Shown here: positions 48,620-57,905 of the stretch, piece by piece
Layout of the letters: each line of letters starts with the position of its first letter
Numbering within the stretch: the first letter of the stretch is position 1
Assembly (NCBI GenBank): GCA_963741945.1
Contig: CAVUKA010000006.1
Location: 64,001-128,000, forward strand
Direction: 5' to 3'
DNA from: an uncultured Gemmatimonadales bacterium
GTDB taxonomy: Bacteria; Gemmatimonadota; Gemmatimonadetes; Longimicrobiales; RSA9
Length of the DNA stretch: 64,000 nt
The notes under the pieces: generated by a model
What the model saw: the letters and a program-made list of their open reading frames with translations, nothing else
Databases searched by the model: none
Told to the model about the DNA's origin: nothing
Position numbers and translations under genes: made by a program

Positions 48620-50053
48620 ATGCGCCCGTTCCGCAGAATCCCGATCGCGGCCGTCGCGGTGCTGGCCGCGGCGCCCCTCACAGCGCAGCAGCCAGCCGGC
48701 GCCGAAGCCGGCGCCCTGACCATTCCGTTCGAGCGGGTGACGCTCGACAACGGGCTGAACGTGATCCTTTCCCCCGACCATACCACGCCGCAGGTGGTGG
48801 TGGACGTCTGGTACCACGTGGGCTCGAAGAACGAAGAGCCCGGGCGGACCGGGTTCGCCCACATGTTCGAGCACGTCATGTTCACGGGCTCGGCGCACGT
48901 CCCCTACGGACTCCACGACCGGCTGACGGAGGGCGTGGGCGGTTACAACAACGGGTCCACGAACAACGACCGGACGAACTATTTCGAGAGCGTGCCGTCG
49001 AACTACCTCGAGTCGGCGCTCTGGCTGGAGTCGGACCGGATGGGGTTCCTGCTGGACAAGCTGGACGAGGCGAAGTTCACGGCGCAGCGCGACATCGTGC
49101 AGAACGAGCGTCGCCAGGGGGTGGACAACCAGCCGTACGGCCGCGCGTCGGAGATCCTGACGGCCGCGGCGTACCCGCCGTCCAACCCGTACTCGTGGTC
49201 CGTGATCGGGTACATGACGGACCTGCAGGCGGCCACGGTGGACGACGTGAAGAAGTTCTTCCGCCTCTACTACGCGCCGTCCAACGCCACCATCGCCATC
49301 GTGGGCGACTTCGATCCGGCGCAGGCGAAAGCGTGGGTGCAGCGCTACTTCCGCGATCTGCCCGCGGGGGCGGCCATCACGCGGCCGACGGTGACACGAC
49401 CCGTGCTGGAAGCGGAGAAGTCGCTCGTCTACGAGGACCGGGTGCAGGTCCCGCGCCTCTACATCCGCTGGCCCACGGTGGGCGTGGACAACGCGCAGAG
49501 CCGGGCGCTCGAATACCTCGGTGAGATCCTCACCGGCTCCCGCACCGCGCGGCTGACGAAAGCGCTCGTGTACGACCTGCAGTCGGCGGCGAGCGTCATG
49601 GCCTACAACGGCGCGCGCGAGAACGCCGGTGACTTCAACATCATCATCACTCCGCGCCCCGGGCACACCCTCTCGGAGCTGAAGGCGGCCACGGACTCGG
49701 TGCTCGCGGGGATCCTGGCGGACGGCCCCACGGAAGAGGAGATGGCCCGTACGGCCGCCGGGCTCCAGTACCAGTTCGTTTCGTCGCTCCAGTCCAATCT
49801 CGGCAAGGCGGAAATGCTGAACACCGGGCTCGTCTTCCACGGCGACCCGGCGTTCTACCGGGCAGAGTTCGAGGCCATGAAGGCGGTGACCGCGGCCCAG
49901 GTCCGTGCCGCCGCCCGGGAGTACCTGACGCCCGGACGCGTGGTGCTCAGCGTCGTCCCGCTGGGGGAGACGCAGCTCGCCGCCGACGCCGACCAGAGCA
50001 TTCCCGTGACCGTCGCCGAGGATGGCGGCCATTACATCATGGAGCCCCGCTGA
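48620..50053 (+). CDS. M16 (pitrilysin-family) zinc peptidase, catalytic subunit
   Basis: Signal peptide; GFAHMFEHVMF (HxxEH); VQNERR. Confidence 0.93.
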   Translation: MRPFRRIPIAAVAVLAAAPLTAQQPAGAEAGALTIPFERVTLDNGLNVILSPDHTTPQVVVDVWYHVGSKNEEPGRTGFAHMFEHVMFTGSAHVPYGLHDRLTEGVGGYNNGSTNNDRTNYFESVPSNYLESALWLESDRMGFLLDKLDEAKFTAQRDIVQNERRQGVDNQPYGRASEILTAAAYPPSNPYSWSVIGYMTDLQAATVDDVKKFFRLYYAPSNATIAIVGDFDPAQAKAWVQRYFRDLPAGAAITRPTVTRPVLEAEKSLVYEDRVQVPRLYIRWPTVGVDNAQSRALEYLGEILTGSRTARLTKALVYDLQSAASVMAYNGARENAGDFNIIITPRPGHTLSELKAATDSVLAGILADGPTEEEMARTAAGLQYQFVSSLQSNLGKAEMLNTGLVFHGDPAFYRAEFEAMKAVTAAQVRAAAREYLTPGRVVLSVVPLGETQLAADADQSIPVTVAEDGGHYIMEPR

Positions 50054-51531
50054 TGCGCACCCAGGCACGTACCACCCCACGCGGCGCCCGCGCGGCCGCC
50101 GCGCTCCTGGCCGGCCTGGCGCTGGCCACGTCTTCCGCGGCGGCACAGTCGCCCCTGGACCGCGGTGTGGTCCCGCCCCCTGGCCCCGCGCCCGAGCTGC
50201 GCGTGCCGGAGTGGACCCACACCACGCTGGCCAGCGGCGCCCAGCTGGTGGTGGTGCCCAAGCACGACCTCCCGCTCGTCTCCTTCAGCATCGACTTCAT
50301 TGGCGGCGCGGCGAATTACGAGCCCGCGGGGAAGACGGGGCTGGCGGAGCTCACGGCCGACATGCTGAGCGAGGGTACGAAGACGCGCACGGCGGACGAG
50401 CTGAGCGAAGCGGAGCAGATGCTCGGCACCACGATCCGCACCGGCGTGCGGCAGGAGAGCGGCTACCTCTCGTTCACCGCCCTCGGCGACCGCTTCGAGC
50501 CGGCGCTGGCGCTCCTCGCCGACATGCTGGAGAACCCCACGTTCCCCGCGGACGCGCTGGAGCGGCTGCGCGGGCGCACACTGGTGTCGCTGCGGCAGGC
50601 CGGGGATCAGCCGAACGTCATCGCCTTCAACGTGTTCGCCCGTGTGGTCTACGGCGACGCGCACCCGTACGGTCGCGTCATGACGGAGGCGACTGTGGGC
50701 GCCATTACGCGCGAGGACATCGCCGCCTTCCACCAGGCGTACTTCCGTCCGTCCCACGCCGTCATCACCGTGGCCGGCAATGTGGACCCGGCCACCGTGC
50801 GCACGCAGGTGGAGCGGGCGCTGGCCGGGTGGACGACGGGCGGCGCCGTGCCGTCGTTCGATTACCCGGCCGTGCCGACGCCGAAGCCCACCACCATCTA
50901 CCTCGTGGACAAGCCGAACGCGGCGCAGTCGGTGTTCGCCATCGGCCTCGCGGGACCGCCGCGGAACACGGCCGACTACTACGCGCTGGAAGTGATGAAC
51001 ACGCTCCTCGGCGGCCTCTTCCAGTCGCGGCTCAACCATGAGATCCGTGAAGTGCGGGGCTGGAGCTACGGCGTGGGATCCGATTTCGCCTACGGCCGCG
51101 GCCCCGGCGCGTTCCGGGCGGGCGGCGGCGTGATCACCGCCAAGACGGACAGCGCGCTCATGGCATTCATGCGCCACCTCGAGGGGGTGCAGGGCGAGAT
51201 CCCGTTCACGGAAGACGAGATGGCCCAGGGCAAAGGCTCGCTGGTGCAGTCGCTCCCCGGGCGCTTCGCCTCGGTGCAGGCCACGGCGGACGCCATCGGC
51301 ACGCTGTACACCGACGCCCTACCGGCAACCTATTACCAGGACTATGCGGCGAAGATCGACGCCGTGACCCGGGATGACCTGGTGCGGGTGGCCCGGAAGT
51401 ACCTGGACCTCGGGCACCTCGACATCGTCATCGTCGGCGACCGGTCGGTGATCGAGGGGCCGCTCCGGGACACCGGGATCGCGCCGATCACCGTGCTGGA
51501 CGCGGATGGCAACCCGGTGACCGGCGAGTAG
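50053..51531 (+). CDS. M16 peptidase non-catalytic partner subunit
   Basis: No HxxEH (GLAELTADML); has SRL..EIRE.RGWSY; translationally coupled (TGATG). Confidence 0.9.
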   Translation: MRTQARTTPRGARAAAALLAGLALATSSAAAQSPLDRGVVPPPGPAPELRVPEWTHTTLASGAQLVVVPKHDLPLVSFSIDFIGGAANYEPAGKTGLAELTADMLSEGTKTRTADELSEAEQMLGTTIRTGVRQESGYLSFTALGDRFEPALALLADMLENPTFPADALERLRGRTLVSLRQAGDQPNVIAFNVFARVVYGDAHPYGRVMTEATVGAITREDIAAFHQAYFRPSHAVITVAGNVDPATVRTQVERALAGWTTGGAVPSFDYPAVPTPKPTTIYLVDKPNAAQSVFAIGLAGPPRNTADYYALEVMNTLLGGLFQSRLNHEIREVRGWSYGVGSDFAYGRGPGAFRAGGGVITAKTDSALMAFMRHLEGVQGEIPFTEDEMAQGKGSLVQSLPGRFASVQATADAIGTLYTDALPATYYQDYAAKIDAVTRDDLVRVARKYLDLGHLDIVIVGDRSVIEGPLRDTGIAPITVLDADGNPVTGE

Positions 51532-51533
51532 GA

Positions 51534-51581
51534 CTCACGCGGAGACGCGGAGGACGGCGGCTCACGCGGAGAACGCGGAGG
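51534..51581 (+). repeat. Intergenic direct repeat CTCACGCGGAGA(A)CGCGGAGG x2 (REP-like)
   Basis: Copies at 51534-51553 and 51561-51581. Confidence 0.7.
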
Positions 51582-51583
51582 GG

Positions 51584-51640
51584 ATGGTCCGGGTGGCTGG
51601 GTTCGTCGAGGAGTCATGCCGTCCGGGCCATTTTTTGTTT
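51584..51640 (+). terminator. Rho-independent terminator
   Basis: ATGGTCCGGGTGGC...GCCGTCCGGGCCAT stem (3 G-U pairs) followed by TTTTTGTTT. Confidence 0.65.
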
Positions 51641-51722
51641 CGGGTTGCGGCGCGCGTGAAACCCGGGGGCCACCGGTGCCGTAGAGCGGGCACGACAACC
51701 ACCTCGTCCCGGGCTCACCCCA

Positions 51723-54182
51723 ATGATTCGCGAGCTGCGTCAGAACCTCCGGCTCCTGTGGAAGGAAAAGGCGTTCACCCTCACCGTGCTGGTGACCCTC
51801 GCGGTCTGCGTGGGTGCGAACGCGGCCATCTTCTCCGTAGTCCACCGCGTGCTGCTGGCCCCGCTGCCGTATCCGGCGGCGGACCGGCTGGTGACGATCT
51901 ACAACAGCTACCCGGGGGCGGGCGTGCCGCGGGCCTCCAACGGGTCGTACGACTACTTCGTGCGACGGGAGCGGATCAAGTCGTTCGAGGCGCTGGCGGA
52001 GTACCAGATGGCCGGGGCGACGGTGGGGGAAGCGGGCGCCACGGAGCGCCTCACGATCCTGCGGGCGACGCCATCGTTCTTCTCCCTGTTCGGCGTCAAG
52101 CCGGTGCTCGGCCGCGGGTTCACCGAGTCGGAGATGGAGCCGGGCAGCGAGCAGGTGCTGGTGCTGTCCAACGGGTACTGGCAGGAGCACTTCGCCGGCG
52201 ACCCGGCGGCGGTGGGGCAGGACCTGCGGGTCGACGGGCGGAAGTACCAGGTGGTGGGCGTGCTCCCGCCCGGTTTCCGGCTGCCGCAGGCGGAGCAGCC
52301 GCGCTTCTACGTCCCCATCGCGTATTCGCCGGAAGCGCGGACCATCGAGGCTTGGCACAACAACAACTACGGCATGGCGGGCCGGCTGGCGCCGGGCATG
52401 AGCGTGGAGCGGGCCACGGCGGAGAACGAGGAGCTGAACCACGCGCTGATCTCCGAATGGCCGATCCCCGGCGCCGAGCAGCTGCTGAAGGACGCCGGGT
52501 ACCACACGGAAATATACCCGATGCACGAGGAGCTGGTGCGGGACATCCGCCCCACGCTCTACCTGCTGTGGGCGGGCGTGGCGTTCGTGCTGCTCATCGG
52601 GTGCGTGAACATCGCGAACATCATCCTGGCCCGGTCGCAGGTGCGGCTCCGCGACGTCGCGACGCGGCTGGCGCTGGGGGCGCCCCGTCGTCGCCTGGCC
52701 CGTGAGATGCTGACCCACGCCATGCTGCTGGCGGGGATCGGCGGTGTGCTCGGCATCGGTGTGGGGCTGGCGGGGATCAAGCTGCTGAGCGCCTACGGCG
52801 CGGCGGAGCTGCCTCGCGGCGCGGAGATCGGCATGGACGGCACCGTGCTCCTGTTCACCCTGGGCGTCGCGCTGGTGGCAGGGCTCATTTTCGGCGCCAT
52901 CCCCAGCGCGCAGCTGTTGCGGGGCAACCTCCAGTCGGTGCTGCAAACGGAGAGCAGGGGCGGGACCGCGAACCGTCGCACGCTGTGGATGCGGAACGGG
53001 CTCGTGACGGCGCAGGTCACGCTCGCTTTCCTGCTCCTCATCGGCGCGGGGCTCATGCTCGCGAGCTTCCGCCACGCCGTGGCCGTGGATCCCGGCTTCC
53101 GCCCCGACGGCGTGCTGACGGGGAGCCTTGCGCTGCCCACGTCGCGCTACCCCGAGGGCGACGACCGGGAGCACTTCGTGGACAACCTGCTCGCCGAGAT
53201 CCGGGGCATCCCCGGCGTGCGCAGCGCGGCGCTCACGACGCTCCTGCCCTTCAGCGGGAACAACTCGTCCAGCGTCATCTTCCCGGAGGGCTACAACCCG
53301 CCGCCGGGTGAGTCCGTCCTGTCGCCGTTCCAGAACTGGGTGGCAGGGGATTACTTCGCGGCCATGGCGATCCCCCTGGTGGAGGGGCGAACGTTCGAGG
53401 CCGACGACGGGCGGGGGGACCGCCGCGTCATCGTCATCGACCGCTGGCTGGCCCACCGCTACTACGGCGACGAGAGCCCGCTGGGCAAACGCATGGTCTG
53501 GGGCGACATCCCGAGCCAGGCCAGCCCGGAGGACTACTACACCGTCGTGGGCGTGGTGGAGACCGTGAAGCAGAACGACCTCACCGCCCGCCCCGAGGAG
53601 CACGTGGGGGCGTACTACTTCCCCTACCGCTCCAACCGCCAGACGAACCTGACGCTCGTGGTCCGGACGGATGGGGACCCGGAGTCCCTCACCCCGGCGA
53701 TCCGCGAGAGGGTCCAGAAGCTGGACCCGGAGCTCCCGCTCTATTCGGTGAGCACCATGCAGGCACGCATCGATGAGTCGCTCACCAGCCGGCGAGCGTC
53801 CATGCTCCTGCTCCTCACGTTCGCAGGCGTGGCCCTGTTCCTGGCCGTCCTCGGCATCTACGGCGTGCTGGCCTACGCGGTGGCGCAGCGCACGCGGGAA
53901 ATGGGCATCCGCATGGCCATGGGCAGCACCGCCCGCGAGATCTTCGTGCTCGTGGTCTCCCAGGGCGCCCGCATCACGCTCCTGGGGCTGCTGGTCGGGG
54001 GCGCCGCCGCGGTCGGGCTCGGCCGTCTCATCCGTTCGCTGCTCTATGACGTCCAGCCACTGGACCCGGCGATCCTCGCCTCCGTGGCCGTCATCCTGGC
54101 CGCGGTGGCCGTCGCCGCGTGCATGCTCCCCGCCTGGCAGGCCACCCGCGTGGACCCCGTCCGCGCGCTCGTGGGGGAATAG
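51723..54182 (+). CDS. ADOP-type duplicated MacB/FtsX ABC transporter permease
   Basis: GANAAIFS, LLIGCVNIAN, RLALGA, QRTREMGIRMAMG, PAWQATRVDP. Confidence 0.92.
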   Translation: MIRELRQNLRLLWKEKAFTLTVLVTLAVCVGANAAIFSVVHRVLLAPLPYPAADRLVTIYNSYPGAGVPRASNGSYDYFVRRERIKSFEALAEYQMAGATVGEAGATERLTILRATPSFFSLFGVKPVLGRGFTESEMEPGSEQVLVLSNGYWQEHFAGDPAAVGQDLRVDGRKYQVVGVLPPGFRLPQAEQPRFYVPIAYSPEARTIEAWHNNNYGMAGRLAPGMSVERATAENEELNHALISEWPIPGAEQLLKDAGYHTEIYPMHEELVRDIRPTLYLLWAGVAFVLLIGCVNIANIILARSQVRLRDVATRLALGAPRRRLAREMLTHAMLLAGIGGVLGIGVGLAGIKLLSAYGAAELPRGAEIGMDGTVLLFTLGVALVAGLIFGAIPSAQLLRGNLQSVLQTESRGGTANRRTLWMRNGLVTAQVTLAFLLLIGAGLMLASFRHAVAVDPGFRPDGVLTGSLALPTSRYPEGDDREHFVDNLLAEIRGIPGVRSAALTTLLPFSGNNSSSVIFPEGYNPPPGESVLSPFQNWVAGDYFAAMAIPLVEGRTFEADDGRGDRRVIVIDRWLAHRYYGDESPLGKRMVWGDIPSQASPEDYYTVVGVVETVKQNDLTARPEEHVGAYYFPYRSNRQTNLTLVVRTDGDPESLTPAIRERVQKLDPELPLYSVSTMQARIDESLTSRRASMLLLLTFAGVALFLAVLGIYGVLAYAVAQRTREMGIRMAMGSTAREIFVLVVSQGARITLLGLLVGGAAAVGLGRLIRSLLYDVQPLDPAILASVAVILAAVAVAACMLPAWQATRVDPVRALVGE

Positions 54183-54201
54183 CCGCGTGCCGCGGGGCCC
54201 C

Positions 54202-56631
54202 GTGACCCCGATCCTCTCGTCGTTCCGCGTCGCCGCCCGCACGCTGACGAAGCGGCCCGCCTTCACGGCCGTGGCCGTCGCCTCCATCGCTCTGGGCGTG
54301 GGATTCAACACCGCGATCTTCAGCGCCGCCAACGCGCTGCTCCTCCGCCCGGTCCCGGGCGTCCGGGACCCGGACCGGGTGGTGGAAGTCGGGCGCACGC
54401 GGCGGGGCGAAGGCTTCGACACGTTCGGCTACCCGGAGTTCGTGGCCTTCCGCGACCACGCCCGCACCCTGGACGCCGTGGGCGCCTGGACCACGCGGCC
54501 CCTGAGCTTCGGCGGCCGCGACGGAGGCGAGCGGGTGAGCGGGATGGCCGTGTCGCCCGGCTACTTTCGCGCCCTGAAGGCGAGGGCGGAGCGGGGGCGG
54601 CTGTTCGGGGACGACGAGGGCGCGCGCGCGGCGGCGGCGGTGGCCGTGGTGAGCCACGCGTTCTGGCGCGACAGACTGGGGGGCGACCCGGCGGCGATCG
54701 GCTCGACCATCGAGATCAACCGGCAGCGGGTCACGGTGGTGGGCGTGACGGAGCCGGGGTTCAGCGGCCACCTTCCCATGCTCCGCACCGACGTCTGGCT
54801 CCCCATCACCCGGTCGGACTTGGCCAATCCCAACTTCGACAACGGCATCTTCGATCGCCGGGGCTCCTCGTGGCTCATGGTTCTGGCCCGGCTGGCGTCC
54901 GGGGCCACCGTGTCGCGGGCGGACGCCGAAGTCGGCAGCATCATGGCCGGCCTTGCCGAAGCGTTCCCCGAGAGCAACGGAGACCGGGGCGGTCACGTGA
55001 TCGCCCTCGGCCCCATCCCCGGCGCCGGACGGCCCATGATCCGGGCGTTCCTGGGCGTCCTCCTCGCCCTCGTCTCCCTCATCCTCCTCACTGCCGCCGC
55101 CAACGTGGCGGGCATGCTCCTCGCCAGCACCGCCGCCAGGGAGAAGGAGATCGCCGTGCGGCTGGCCCTCGGCGCCGGACGCCGCAGGATCGTGGCACAG
55201 CTGCTCGCCGAGTCCCTGCTCCTCTTCGCCGCCGGGGGCGTCGCCGGCTTCGCCCTGGCGTGGTGGGGAACGTCGCTGCTCACGCGCCTTCCCCTCCCTT
55301 CGCCGCAGCCGATCCTCCTCGACCTGCGCCCCGACGGCGGCGTGCTGGCCTACGCGCTGGCCGTGGCGCTTGCGACGGGGCTCCTCTTCGGCCTCCTGCC
55401 CGCGCTCCAGTCCACCCGCCCCGACCTCGTCGCCGCGCTCCGGGACGGCGGCGGCGCCGGGCTGCGGCGCTCGGCCCTGCGACGCGGTTTCGCCGCCGCG
55501 CAGGTGGGCGTGTGCCTCGTCCTGCTGGCCGCGGCCGGCCTCTTCCTCCGCTCCCTCCAGCACGCCGGGCGCGTGGACGCCCACTTCCGCCCCGACGGCG
55601 TCGAAGTGGCTTCGCTGGACCTGGCGCTGGACGGCTACAACGAGGAGACGGGCCCCGTGTTCCAGCGCGCGCTGCTGCGCCAGCTCCGCTCCACGCCCGG
55701 TGTGGACGGGGCAGCGCTGGCCATTGACCTGCCCATGGACCTCTCGGCCAACGGCTCGCCCGTGTGGCCGGAAGGGTGGCAGGATCCGGACGGGCGGGGG
55801 CTCGGCGCCGACTTCAACGTGGTGTCGCCTGGCTATTTCGAGACGCTCCGGATCCCGGTGCTCCGCGGCCGGGCGTTCTCGGACGCTGACCGCGAGGGCG
55901 CGCCGCCGGCCGTGGTGGTGAACGCGGCGCTGGCCCGGGCGGTCTGGGGCGATGACGACCCCGTGGGCAGGCGCCTCCGCTTCGGCGGCCCCGAGGCCGA
56001 GCTCCGCACCGTCGTGGGCGTGGTGCCCGACGTGAAGAACCAGACTCTCGGCGAGACAGTGTCCCCCATCGCGTATCTCCCCCTCGCCCAGTACTACCGC
56101 TCCGAGGTCTATGTCCTCCTCCACGGGCGGAGGACCGATGCGGCGGCGCTCCGGCGCGCCGTCCTGGCGGCGGACCCGAAGCTCTCGCTGGGGCAGGTCC
56201 AGCCGCTGGAGGCGGTCTCCGGCGTCGGGCTCCTCCCCCAGCGCCTGGCCGCCACCCTGGCCACAGCCCTCGGCGCCCTCGCCCTCTTCCTCGCCATCCT
56301 CGGCGTGTACGGCGTCGTTTCCTTCTCCGTCGCACGGCGCCGCCGCGAACTGGGGATCCGGAGCGCGGTGGGGGCATCTGCCGCGGAGCTGGTCCGCCTC
56401 GTGGTTTCCAGCGGGCTCCGCGCCGCCGCCCCCGGACTCGCCGTCGGCCTCCTCGCCGCGCTGGCAGTGGGCCGGCTCGCCCGGGGCTTCCTGTTCGGCA
56501 TCTCGCCCCTGGACCCCGTGACCTATCTGGCCGTGGCCGCCGTCCTCATGCTGGCCGTGCTGGTGGCCAGCTGGATCCCGGCTCGACGGGCGGCGAGGCT
56601 GGACCCGGTGGAGTCGCTGCGGAGCGAGTGA
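54202..56631 (+). CDS. ADOP-type duplicated MacB/FtsX ABC transporter permease
   Basis: GFNTAIFS, AANVAG, REKEIAVRLALGA, RRRELGIRSAVGA, PARRAARLDP. Confidence 0.92.
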   Translation: MTPILSSFRVAARTLTKRPAFTAVAVASIALGVGFNTAIFSAANALLLRPVPGVRDPDRVVEVGRTRRGEGFDTFGYPEFVAFRDHARTLDAVGAWTTRPLSFGGRDGGERVSGMAVSPGYFRALKARAERGRLFGDDEGARAAAAVAVVSHAFWRDRLGGDPAAIGSTIEINRQRVTVVGVTEPGFSGHLPMLRTDVWLPITRSDLANPNFDNGIFDRRGSSWLMVLARLASGATVSRADAEVGSIMAGLAEAFPESNGDRGGHVIALGPIPGAGRPMIRAFLGVLLALVSLILLTAAANVAGMLLASTAAREKEIAVRLALGAGRRRIVAQLLAESLLLFAAGGVAGFALAWWGTSLLTRLPLPSPQPILLDLRPDGGVLAYALAVALATGLLFGLLPALQSTRPDLVAALRDGGGAGLRRSALRRGFAAAQVGVCLVLLAAAGLFLRSLQHAGRVDAHFRPDGVEVASLDLALDGYNEETGPVFQRALLRQLRSTPGVDGAALAIDLPMDLSANGSPVWPEGWQDPDGRGLGADFNVVSPGYFETLRIPVLRGRAFSDADREGAPPAVVVNAALARAVWGDDDPVGRRLRFGGPEAELRTVVGVVPDVKNQTLGETVSPIAYLPLAQYYRSEVYVLLHGRRTDAAALRRAVLAADPKLSLGQVQPLEAVSGVGLLPQRLAATLATALGALALFLAILGVYGVVSFSVARRRRELGIRSAVGASAAELVRLVVSSGLRAAAPGLAVGLLAALAVGRLARGFLFGISPLDPVTYLAVAAVLMLAVLVASWIPARRAARLDPVESLRSE

Positions 56632-56776
56632 GCCGGAGGGGGCCACGCGCGTCTGTATCATCGATGTAACGCGTCTGTAGCAGCCGCTTCCCGCCAGACA
56701 CTGCCGCTTCTTGCGACGCGCCCGCCATGCCATCGTTCAAGAGCAGCAGCCGGTCTCCCTCTCCAGGATGGAAGCC

Positions 56777-57067
56777 ATGCGGTACGAAGGCTACCTCTAC
56801 CATGATGACGGGTGCATCGTGTACGCCGCCGAAGGCCGGCAGCGGGACGTTTCCGTGCTGCGCCGGCGCGCGGACGGGAGCTGGCACTGCGGCGCCTGCG
56901 ACACCACCGGCTGCCGCCACGCGGACGCGGCCGCCGCGGTGGCCGCGGACGCCCTGGCTCAGAACGGCGCGGGCAGCGACCAGGCCACGGTCATTCCCCC
57001 GCGGGGGGACGGGAGCACCGTGGTGGACAGGAGTATGCGGTCCACCCGGTTGTCCGGGTGGGAATAG
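56777..57067 (+). CDS. Small hypothetical protein with SWIM-like zinc finger
   Basis: Coding-like codons; WHCGACDTTGCRH; 3' end overlaps the convergent PAP2 gene. Confidence 0.45.
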   Translation: MRYEGYLYHDDGCIVYAAEGRQRDVSVLRRRADGSWHCGACDTTGCRHADAAAAVAADALAQNGAGSDQATVIPPRGDGSTVVDRSMRSTRLSGWE

Positions 57068-57816
57068 GCGTACCAGACCACCTTGTTGCCGCTGAAGGTC
57101 CCGATGGCGGCGCCCACCACCACGTCGCTCGCCCAGTGCTTGTCGTGGTACATGCGTGAGATCCCGACCAGCGTGGCGCCCCCGTACATCACCCCGCCCA
57201 CCACCAGCTTCCAGCCCGGCCACGCATCTTCCCGGTCCAGCCAGACGGCCGTTTCCGCGGTGACCGCGGACGCAACGGAGAACGCCGTGGTGGTGTGTCC
57301 CGAGGGGAAGGACGAGTAGTCCGTCCCCTTGAAACCGCGGAACAGCTTGAACGAATAGGCGGCGCTGTCCGCCGAGACGTACGGGCGTGCCCGGCCGGCG
57401 AGCATCTTGATGCTCGTCGTGAATACGGTCGCCAGCAGGAACGACTCGGTCCCGTGGAGCCCCAGCGCGGACAGGTACGGCCAGCCGCCGAGGCGCCCTG
57501 CCAGGTACAGCGACGGCCCGATGATTTCCGGCGCCGGCTGCCCCATGAAGCGGAAGAAGGAGGCGGCATCGTGGGCGACGGTGTTGTCCTGGAACACCGG
57601 CTCGCGGATCTCCTGCGCCAGCCGCTGATCCACGGGCAACATGGCTACGGTGCCGAGGGCGAACCCAGCGGCGAGCCAGGCATCGGTACGGGTAAGGAAG
57701 GGCTTCGAGGCGTCCTGCGCGCTGTCCGAGGAGGTCGCAGGGGCCTGCGCCCCCGCCCCGCCCGCGGTGCTCGCCACCAGGACGATGGCTGCGAGAATCC
57801 GTCGCATGGCTGTCAT
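56959..57816 (-). CDS. PAP2 family phosphatase
   Basis: KMLAGRARP, SFPSGH, SRMYHDKHWASD; signal-peptide-like N-terminus. Confidence 0.92.
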   Translation of the reverse strand: MTAMRRILAAIVLVASTAGGAGAQAPATSSDSAQDASKPFLTRTDAWLAAGFALGTVAMLPVDQRLAQEIREPVFQDNTVAHDAASFFRFMGQPAPEIIGPSLYLAGRLGGWPYLSALGLHGTESFLLATVFTTSIKMLAGRARPYVSADSAAYSFKLFRGFKGTDYSSFPSGHTTTAFSVASAVTAETAVWLDREDAWPGWKLVVGGVMYGGATLVGISRMYHDKHWASDVVVGAAIGTFSGNKVVWYAYSHPDNRVDRILLSTTVLPSPRGGMTVAWSLPAPF

Positions 57817-57905
57817 CCGGCTGCCACGGCCCGGCCGCGGCGCTGTTCGCGATATCGTGTAGGCCACGAGTGTCGGCCACGACCGCCTTGCAACGCCCGC
57901 GCCAC

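Noticed and set aside
51534-51581. Mini CRISPR array
   Set aside because: Only two short units with a 7-bp gap; no cas genes.
51342-56733. 1026-aa and 880-aa minus-strand ORFs
   Set aside because: Antisense shadows of the two ADOP permeases.
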